Below are positions 54,601 through 64,000 of a DNA stretch of 64,000 bases, one piece after another; the first letter of the stretch is position 1; every line of letters begins with the position of its first letter. Position numbers and translations under genes: made by a program. The notes under the pieces were generated by a model. It ran no database searches. It was not told where the DNA came from and was given only the letters and a program-made list of their open reading frames with translations. The stretch is from Eledone cirrhosa (Eukaryota): the NCBI GenBank assembly GCA_964016885.1, contig OZ024744.1, positions 59,396,001 to 59,460,000 of the forward strand. Direction: 5' to 3'.

Positions 54601-55604
54601 ATGGTGAAAATCAATAAGAAATCTCTACGTAAATCCAGGTCTAAAGAGCGAGAGATTTGTCCATAAGTAGGGATAGCTGAATGGTTTATAGCTTGTAGTG
54701 ATATGTGTGAGAGAGGAGGTTTCTCTTTCAAGAGTTTTAACGGCCAAATGCTGCAAGACGCACCCGTGTCGACGAGGCAGTGTGCATGCGAGAAGGAATC
54801 CGTAATGAAAAATGCACGACTTTCAGTACTGAATTGCGAAGAAGACGTCGTGCTTAATTCTCCGTTACTTCGTTTCCCCGGAGTAAAAAGGAACAAGGCT
54901 GGATACATTTATGAGCAGAGGTTCCGAAACGGTTATGGTAAACGCATGCTCGCGATGGTGAAGGTTGGAAACGACGACGTGAAGAATTCGAGCGATTCCG
55001 CGACCGTTGTCGGGGAGATCTCGATCTGGATAAACGAAGAAGTTGTACCTCCTTCGTAAGGTCAAGGATGGCTTTTAGTGTTTCTTCGTTGGTCGAAGTG
55101 GCGCTGGCTGAAACTGATGCGACAGGAAAAGGTGAATCATTTGTTGCAAGTCGTGATGGGGTAGTAGTGGTCGAATTGCCGGAGTACTCCAAAATGTTAT
55201 CAGTGGATGACGCCAACTGATCCACCGAACTGGTTTCGGTCATCGCTGCTAAAATGGCCTGAACATTAGGCGGCAGCCTAGAGAAGAAAAGGTGCGTGAT
55301 CATGGCGCTGTCGGCCGGTGCGTCTTCCGCCAGCTCTCTCATCCTCCGTAAGAGCTGTGTAGGTGTATAGTCGCCAAGGTGCACATCGTTAACTAGAGTG
55401 CGAAACTTCCTTTCCGCCGAGACAGAAGTGCGGTTAATAATTTCTTTTTTTATGCAGCTATAGGTCGCCTCCGCAGCCGGGTTGGGAATTAAGAGAACGA
55501 ATGTGAGATTGACCATGTATTCATACGCAACTTCCCATTGGTCAGTTTGACCTTATTACGTATGAAAATGTTGCTATTGCGAGGTGCGACGTAGTTCCAC
55601 TACA
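51240..55604 (-). mobile_element. Ty3/Gypsy LTR retrotransposon, decayed (gag, PR, RT, RH, IN), with TSD AATGT
   Basis: LVDTGA; SSPWASPLHMV, PDRYPIP, MPFGL, YIDD; HHCC and [19 protein letters not shown]; GPY/F; PPT at 51630-51641; TSD at 51235-51239 and 55605-55609. Confidence 0.96.
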
Positions 55605-56556
55605 AATGTTTTTAACGAGGCACTCCCTGTTTAGTGGGCATTCTACTCGCTTTTTGCAGTTGCAGTTAGGGAGTTACAGGTTTGATGGCACGTTGTCAGT
55701 TGTTCGTATTCTGTGTGGAGCTGGCATGTGGGTTGTTGTGTTGTGTGTGTGGTTTTGTTCTGGGTTGTGTTAGTGGTTTGTTGTGGAGCTATCATGTGTT
55801 TGCGTATTTTTTTCCTATTAGTGTGTGCTATCGTGTCGCCTAGATTTGGTGCTGAGGGGAAGGAGAATTTGACAGTGTGTCTATTGAAGAGCTTGTGGTA
55901 TTTATGTGTGTGTGGGAAGGATTGTTCCAGAGCTCTGAAGAAGGTTCCGGGTATATTGGTGGTAACGTGTATGGAGTACGGGGCGTTGTACCATCTCACA
56001 GGTCTACTTCGGGCTTTACGGTGTTTAGTGTGGTTGTTGTGGTTTGGTGGTTGCGTGGGTGCGTTTTGGTCAAGCGTATTTGTCATAGGGGTTCCTACTA
56101 TTCTATTGGTGTTATGTCTCGGGTCTCTATTACTACGTATACGCGTGCGATATTCAGAGTCCTTATTGGGGTTGGAGAGTAAAGCTTTATCTCGTTGGCA
56201 GTTGTGTGTAACGCTGCCTGTCCTGCCGACTAAGGAGGGTCTTAAGTTAGTATTTGTTCTAGGTGTGGGGTCCTCGTCTATATGCGTTTCTAGGGGTCTG
56301 TTTCGGTTTAGCGGCGTTGCGGTTCTAGTTGGGTCATTGTAAGTTATCTTCTCATTGTAACCAGCCTTTTAAAGTGCGGAGTTATAGTATTCCGCGTGCT
56401 GGTTGAAGATAGTTCTATTTGCCGACAGGGTGGACACTCTATAGGAAACGCTTTTAACTATTGAGTTAATTATGCTCCTAGGGTGGTTGGAGTGTCTGCT
56501 GACATATTTCAGGTTTTCATTTGGTTTATGGTAAGGGCGGTAGAGACCTGTGTCTG

Positions 56557-57172
56557 GTTAATTTATTTGGCAATCAATGTTTATCATTGGTTGACCAGCG
56601 GTTAAAAATACAGATATAAATGTATATATATATATATATATATAGTCTATCAAAGTTCTTTCGTTGCACATCTGCAACATCATCAGTGGTACTATTATGT
56701 TTCCTCCTGTTGTATTCTATGTCTACGCCATTTTTATTTTTATTCATTTATTTATTTGTCTCTGTCTCTGCGCATGCGTTCGCGTGTGTGTATAATGACT
56801 TAAGGGAAATATAAATAAATAAATAAATAAATATATACACAAATACAATAACAGCAAACACATATAAACACACACTAGTGAACAAAGATAGAATACGAAA
56901 ACAAAAACACATACACTCAAACGCAAACACACACAGCAAACATTAAACACACATGCAAACTCATGCGCAGAGACAAGAATAAATAAATTAATGAATTAAA
57001 ATAAAAATGGCGTAGACATACAATACAATAGGAGGAAAAATATTAGTACCACTGATGATGTTGCTGTTGTGCAACGAAAGAACTTTGGTAGACTATGTAT
57101 ATATATATCTATATCTGTATTTTTAACCGCTGGTCAATCAATGATAAACATTGGTTGCCAAATAAATTAACT
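56557..57172. mobile_element. Fold-back element with diverged arms (about 56557-56780 and 56960-57172), each with a minimal hammerhead
   Basis: Plus 57047-57090: tacca CTGATGA t gttgc..gcaac GAAA gaac TT tggta; minus copy 56648-56691. Confidence 0.8.
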
Positions 57173-58295
57173 CTCATAGCTGATTCCATGGCTGAACTAG
57201 AGAAGAAATTCCAAACATGGAAGCATGGCCTAGAATCAAAAGGCCTTAAAGTTAACTTGTCTAAGACTAAAGTTCTAGTGTGTAGAAAGGAAAATAGGGC
57301 ACATGTGCCTTCTGGGAGATGGCCATGCTCACTATGTAAGAAGGGAGTAGGTAGATACTCCATTCTATGCTCCAAATGCAAACTATGGGTATATAAAAGA
57401 TGTGGTGGGATCACATGTAGATTTTATATGTGGCCGATGCTCAGGTGCAGTAAGTAGCAAGGGCCCAGTGGATGCTATGTCCTTCAACTGCCCAGATGGT
57501 TCTATAGAAATAGTAGACACTTTCTGTTACCTGGGTAATAAAATCAGCAGTGGAGGAGGAAACAGGATGGAAAAAGTTCAGAGAGCTAATACCGCTGTTG
57601 GCCACAAAAGGTTTCTCTAAAAACGAAAGGCAGATTGTATGATGCCTGTATACGAACAGCAATGTTACATGGTACTGAGACCTGGGTGTTGTGTGCAGAA
57701 GACCTGCGTAGATTAGAAAGAAACGATGCTTGCATGCTCTGATGGATGTGTAATAGTAATGTGCGAGAATGGCAAAGCATAAACGAATTGAAAGAGAGAC
57801 TAAGCATAAGAGTTATCAAATGTTGTGTGCAGGAGAGGAGATGGTATTGGTATGGACATGTGATGTGTATGAAGGACAACAACTGTATAAAAAAGTGCAG
57901 AGCGATCAAAATTGATGGAAGCTATGGAGTGGGGAGACCAAGAAAAACCTGGGGCGAGGTGATAAAAACTGACCTTGCTCACTTACACCTCTCTAATACA
58001 ATGTCACTGGATCGAGATCTTTGGCGCTATGCAGTTATACAGAAGAACCACCTTCCCTTGCATACAAACTTAAACCTACAGCCATTTCGGTCCACAGTAA
58101 AGTGGTCGTTTAGGTGACACAACAAAATGCACCCAGTCCACAATGTAAAGTGGTCGTGTAGGAGACACGGTAAAAAAGCTCCCAGTCCACACTGTACGAG
58201 TGAGACGCAGTCTCCCGACCATCAAGTGGGACAAAACCGTCTAACCTATGCCATCATGGAAGATGGATGTTAAGCGATGATGATGGTGGTGATGA
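57170..58295 (+). mobile_element. RTE-clade LINE 3' portion with (GAT)n tail
   Basis: KGLKVNLSKTK, GRWPCSLCKKGVG, WYGHV, GRPRKTW. Confidence 0.9.
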
Positions 58296-58406
58296 TATAT
58301 ATATATATATACATGCACACACATGTTACACGTTTGTTACATATTACACTAAAACACATGTATGAGAGAAACAGCAAGAAGCAGAAATCAGGAGAGTCAG
58401 AATCGA

Positions 58407-58409
<3 letters not shown>

Positions 58410-58482
<73 letters not shown>

Positions 58483-58520
58483 TGTGTGAGAGAGAAACGG
58501 AGAGAAACGGAGAGAGAAAC
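58410..58520. repeat. (GA)n microsatellite
   Basis: Direct reading. Confidence 0.95.
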
Positions 58521-58598
58521 GCAGCAAGAGATTAAGATTCAATGAAGTGTTTGCATAAATCCAAGAAAACTAATCAGAAACAGCCAACGGTATATATA

Positions 58599-60749
58599 TA
58601 TAACAGGACACTGGGTTGTATGTACAATATTTATTTAACAAGGTTGAGCTATGTAGAGCAGAATAGTTGACATGCCAAGAGAGATGAAAGGATGAATGAA
58701 AGTTATTTGTTACCGTTTTGAAGTCATCGCGCAAGAGACCAAGAGGTCTTTACATTACCATGTTCAGGTTGCCAGAGAGTATACCCTCGGCGGAACGCGC
58801 CTGGCTGAAGGGCCAGGCAGGTTAAAAGAGAGGGAGATAGCTTTCAGCTCTCTCTTTTATAGGGTCCCTGGACGGGAAGTAACTCCAGCTACTTCCTGTC
58901 TAGAGAGCGCTACTGGTGATGTGATCGTCACAACAAGGGAGGCAACTCTTGCTACATTATCCCCCGCCAGATTTTTAAAACAAAAATCGAATCAACCATG
59001 TATGAAGTAAGATGGCGAGCATGTAACACCAAAGTCCAGGCATGAAAATTACAAAAAAATAATGTTTGCAATAAAAGCAAAACAGCAAAATATAAACATG
59101 CAAAAATCAATGATAGATATCAAGGTAGCCAACCGCTCTTGGCCAGAGAACGACTGGACATCCATCTATCCATCACACAAAGATACAATGTAATCAATCT
59201 AAAAGAAGAAGTCAAAGGAGCAAAGAAACGTGCTCGAACATAGTTATTAAAAAAAAGTTCAAATGTTCAAAATACAGTTCACAGGTGACAGCAGGAAAGA
59301 AAGTGTGTTCTCCAGAGAATGTATGCAGGTGGTTTCTGGACTGTGGTACAACGTGAAATTCCCAACCTCCGAAGGCGGTGGGACTTTCTCACAGGAAGAG
59401 TGCTGCAAAAATAAATTCTCTGTTTTGTTCTGCTAGTTTTGGTTGTTGATAAAGCAAAGATGAAGCTGTGTTGTTGTCTCGCGAAGTGAGCCTATTCGAT
59501 GTTGTTTCCATTCACAGTAAAAAGTTCCCCAGAAAAAATGAGTTGCGCAAAGTGCTAGAAATAACAGCCAAAGTAGATGGTCGATGTTGAGAACGCGTTG
59601 ACTTGGATGGGTCAAGAGGCCAGCGACCATAAAAATAATCATTCTGAATAAATGCGCAGTTTTCAACGGCAAATTTACGTGGTAAATTTTTAAACCGGCA
59701 AATAGGAGAATATAGCTTAAGGCTGGAGAATCATTGGCAAGAAACATTATCTATGGCGTGTGTTATCTCAGTGAGTCGAGATATGTGCCGAAACGAGGTT
59801 AAAGTCAAGTTGAATAAAAAAAATATTTTTATTGCGCGAGAAAATGGCGCGAAAATGATAGTGCAACAGGTCGTTGGCAGCCATTTTGAAACATTTGTGT
59901 GTGAACGTGATATGATGAAAAAGAAAGAAAGGCTATATTCACTTTGTATAACAAATATGGCGAGGGTTCAATTTTTTTTTTTTTTTAAAAGCGATGAAAA
60001 AGCAGCGAAAAAGGTTCAGTTGAATGTTGAATATAAGAATACAGGAGTCCAAGTCATTTTGAGTATTCGTAGTGAGACGGACGAATGATATATGCAGTGA
60101 TTGAAACACATTTAAACGATGTAAACACGTGAGGTGAAAAGCAAAATTTTGTCTTGTTTGTTTGCTGCTGAGGAAAAGATTACTTATATTTTTCGTTATA
60201 GACAAAATCCATATGGAATGTTGTAGAAGAAAATGTAGACAAAATCCATGTGGAAAGTTGTGAGAGGAATTTTTTCTTTTTGAAATACTGCTAATTAATT
60301 TTCTTTTTTTCATATTCACACAACACTAGGTCCTATTTTTTTTCTCGGGGTCACCAATTATAACAGGGTGACTGAGGTGTATTTACGATATTTATTTAAC
60401 AAGGTTGAGCTATGTAGAGCAGAATAGTTGACATGCCAAGAGAGATGAAAGGATGAATGAAAGTTATTTGTTACCGTTTTGAAGTCATCGCGCAAGAGAC
60501 CAAAAGGTCTTTACATTACCATGTTCAGGTTGCCAGAGAGTATACCCTCGGCGGAACGCGTCTGGCCGAAGGGCCAGGCAGGTTAAAAGAGAGGGAGATA
60601 GCTTTCAGCTCTCTCCTTTATAGGGTCCCTGGACGGAAGTGACAAAGAAGGTTCTGCCACCTTAACGGGAAGTAACTCCAGCTACTTCCTGTCTAGAGAG
60701 CGCTACTGGTGATGTGATCGTCACAAAAAGGGAGGCAACTCTTGCTACA
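58599..60749 (-). mobile_element. Non-autonomous LTR retroelement (LTRs 58599-58956 and 60359-60749)
   Basis: Direct repeats starting TGTAGC on minus; PBS TGGTGACCCCGA (60345-60356, complementary to tRNA-Trp 3' end); PPT ggcgggggataa next to the left LTR; no recognisable internal ORF. Confidence 0.9.
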
Positions 60750-60751
60750 TA

Positions 60752-62128
60752 TCTATACTATAAAGCTGACGGCCGTATGTAAGTAACAAACTTTCCGCCA
60801 AGCGGCTGGACCAAATGGCACCAAAATTTGCACCATAGATGTAACTTTTAACACTTCCGGTTATACGACATTCCTAACGTCTTCACGAACCAAAGTATCA
60901 TCTTCCAGTTTTCTTTCGGTTGCAACGTTTTTCGAAATATTAACTTCTGCGTTCACAGATTGATTTTTTTTAGTTTCAGAGATTCCGTTAAGGGTGAAAG
61001 CAGCGATTCTTTGCTTAAACGTTAATCTGTTATTTTAATATATATATATATATATATAATTATATATTTGGGTACAGATATTTTTGCATACACAAAAACA
61101 AAATATAAACAAACGTATTTATTTCACGAAAGCATAGACGGCTTATCGTCATTGTTACTGCCGATATGCCACCCAAAAAGTCCTAGCCTGGCCGCAAGAT
61201 CAGATTTTCCAGAACAAAAAATGTTACTAGAGCAACAGAGACAGGTTAAGATTCGCGATTACCATCAACAAAGCTCAGGGTCAAACCCTAAAAGTGGCTG
61301 GCCTTCATCTGGGAAAACCATGGTCAAGTGTATGTTGGATGCTCTAGGTTGAGCTCGCCAAACAATCTCTTCATCTTTGCTCCCGAGGGCCGAACAAAAA
61401 ATATTGTATACTCTGAGGCTCTAACAATGTCATTTATGTATTTTCTGTTACTTGGAATTTCCATTATTGTTGTACAAATTATTGTAAAGTTTGTTAAAAA
61501 ATGTGTTCTCTGTTCAACCTTTTTTGTTGTAACTATCAATTTTCCTTAACGTACTGGCTGAGAAAAGAAACATCTTTAAGTTTACCCAAGCCAAATGTAT
61601 TTATTAACATTTCTATCTGCAGGTTCTTAGCAAGCTTACTAGAGCATTAGTATGGTGTTCAATTCTCATATCGTTTTTGATTGATATGGTGCATATATCG
61701 CAGCTATTCATATGTTTTAAATATTAGATATCGATTGCTGATGTATATTGTACGACAGAATTAGCTGAAAAATATTTTGAATGAACAAATAAAAGAGATA
61801 TAAAAGAGAGATGTTTGTTGGTTGGTTCCTTCGCGTATCACACGAAAAAAACGGAAAGTGACAATCGAAAAGTATGTACAGGATTGGGATAAGAGTATAT
61901 CCAGGAAAGTTTATTGATACTAATTTTATAACACCAAAGAAGAAGAAAGACATACCACGTATGCTAACCAACCTGACTGCTATTTCTAGCAGGTTGGGAA
62001 TCAACCATAAGGGATTCTCTCTGCGAGTTCGTTGTCAGTGATGATCGTGTTTCGCGGCCTATGTCTCCGATTCCAACGGTGGTTTACACACACACGCGCA
62101 TACGCACACACACGAACACTCACACAAG

Positions 62129-62162
<34 letters not shown>

Positions 62163-62424
62163 CACATACACACACACATATATATATATACACACACACG
62201 AACACTCACACAGGCACACACACACACATATATATATATATATACACATACACACACACATATATATATATACACACACACTCACACTCACACACACATA
62301 TATACACAAACATACACACAACACACACTGTAAACAAGACAATGCATTCAATACAGATGTTTTCTATTCTGCCGGACTTCTCTTATCATTTGTTAACCTT
62401 GGCGAAGCTGGGTACCTCAGCTAG
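60752..62424 (+). mobile_element. Non-autonomous Helitron carrying a helicase C-terminal remnant
   Basis: Starts TCTATACTATAAAGCTG and ends hairpin plus CTAG, between A and T; about 61250-61425 encodes FAITINKAQGQTL..HGQVYVGCSR..TKNIVYSEAL (PIF1-like motifs). Confidence 0.9.
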
Positions 62425-62435
62425 TATATATATAT

Positions 62436-62600
62436 TTACTATATAAATGGCAATTTCTGTCTGTCTGTGTGTAACCAGTTGGCGTCTAAACCAGTGATCC
62501 AATCCTGATGAAACTTCACACACAAGTTAAGCTAATATTCAGAAACAGGTCTGGCTAATTGGATTTCAATAATGGAACCCCTGGAGACATTAAACCCTCC
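62436..62600 (+). mobile_element. Probable 5' end of another non-autonomous Helitron
   Basis: tttactatataaa..(ctgt)n..ccaatcctgatgaaacttcacacac resembles Helitron 5' termini; 3' end not located. Confidence 0.5.
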
Positions 62601-63934
62601 CCCTCACTACTCCCTTCCTCCTCCCACAACTTAGTCCTCCAAAACAAGGCAACAACTTTTTTTTTGTTCTTCATTCTGTAGAGAAAGAGAGAGAGGGCAT
62701 GATAGAGAGGAGATAAGAGAGAAAGAGAGGGGATGAGAGAGAGAGAGAGAGAGAAAGAGAGCCAAAGAAAGAGAGAGGGGGATTAGGGAAGAGAGAGAAA
62801 GAAAACAGAGAAATGACAGCATAGTTCAATAACTAACTTTTATTTATTTATTTTTTAAACACTTCTTAACTAACTCCTTTCTTAACGTTATTTCTCTTTC
62901 TCTCCCTCTTTCACAAAAGTTGTAATAAGACTGTGTGTATGTGAGCGTGTGTGTGTGTCTCCGCGTTCTTAAATTAGAGACAAGTGTGTGTGTGTGTTTA
63001 TCACCGTACTTAAGTTAGTGACTTATATACCTCTGTCTCATGTATATATATATATATGAAGCAAAAAAGAAGGGTTGTATGTGACACCTCGATCTACTAG
63101 AAATATTAGCAAAATCCATTTCAAATCACAGCGAAAAGTCTTACACACACACACACACACATGCATGTGTGTATGTAATGGAAGCCACTATAACTGTTGG
63201 TGTACCTAAAAGAAATAGAAAACAAATCTCCCTCAAATAAGGTCCTACTGCCATAGAGGTAAAAGTTGGTGAAAGCTACAGTGTAAACATTTTAATTAAT
63301 CCAGGATCTGCCGCACTTTGGGCCAAGGAGTGTAAAATCTCCAAATATCAGTCATTCTCTGACAGGTTTGTTGTTGAGCCCATAGCAATGGAGACTTCTA
63401 GTGTCCTTGGCCCTAGGGTTACCTCCCAACTCACCACCATCAGCATAGAGTTGGCTACCCATAGGGGCGACCCTCGATCTCCCTCACCATCCCCCTCACC
63501 ATCCTCTATTCCGACCGCCGGGGCTGCTGGGCAGCCAGTGCGTGGGCCACCATTTGCTCATAATAGTCAGTGATGGGGAGATCGGGAGAGATGGAGGCAC
63601 TGACAGTGGGAGTTTGGTTCCTGGTATATATGTATATATTTACCACACTTATACACATTTAAATAAACTTTCCTGAATTACAGAAACGAGTAAGTAAATT
63701 CTTCATTCATTCATAAACCAACGGTAAACTTATTTTATTATTTTATTTTATTTATGCTTTTTAAAATAGCCTCCACATTTTGTTTGAATTTCAGAGGTTC
63801 TGATTGTGCAAAAAATAAAAAAAAGTATAAATAAAATCTAAATTTATTTTTTTGGTCATGCCCTTTTCACTGAAAACAAACCTAATTATTCTTCCAAGTG
63901 CGAAGCATTATATATGCTGACTGTAATAGGGAGC

Positions 63935-64000
63935 TTACGGGGTCGATAAAATAAAGTACCAGTAATGCACTGGATAATTGCTGGCCTTGTGCCTAAAGTA
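63935..64000 (+). mobile_element. SINE 3' fragment (family of 14638-14824)
   Basis: cggggtcgataaaataaagtaccagtaatgcactggataattgctggccttgtgcc. Confidence 0.8.

Larger units (their letters stand above)
49803..56553 (-). mobile_element. Naiad-type Penelope-like element (RT thumb, linker, GIY-YIG, 3' UTR), interrupted by a Gypsy element
   Basis: LYRPYHKPNE..YVSRHSNHP, WYNAPYS, CPLNRECLVKN|IIYRC..SYIGAT, CRLCLAEA..CRH. Confidence 0.9.

Noticed and set aside
63290-63625. GC-rich segment with a 61-aa ORF
   Set aside because: No recognisable homology or termini

Overview
AT-rich, microsatellite-laden eukaryotic DNA, with a repeat complement that suggests an invertebrate, probably a cephalopod such as Octopus (inference only). 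I can identify no host gene; the window is almost entirely nested mobile DNA. It holds decayed RTE/RTE-X, CR1/L2-like and R4/Dong LINEs, tRNA-type SINEs, and four Penelope-like element (PLE) remnants. It also holds a Ty3/Gypsy element inserted in a PLE endonuclease, a non-coding LTR element and non-autonomous Helitrons. The main signal is RNA structure: more than 30 type I hammerhead-ribozyme motifs from about 11 sequence families, found by eye. Sixteen lie in a non-coding ~420-bp tandem repeat (retrozyme-like) arranged in higher-order blocks, each opening with an inverted head. Most of the rest lie in fold-back elements inserted in (TA)n. Three families carry the compensatory U3:A8 core (TTGANAA). 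Coordinates were read manually and element ends are approximate.
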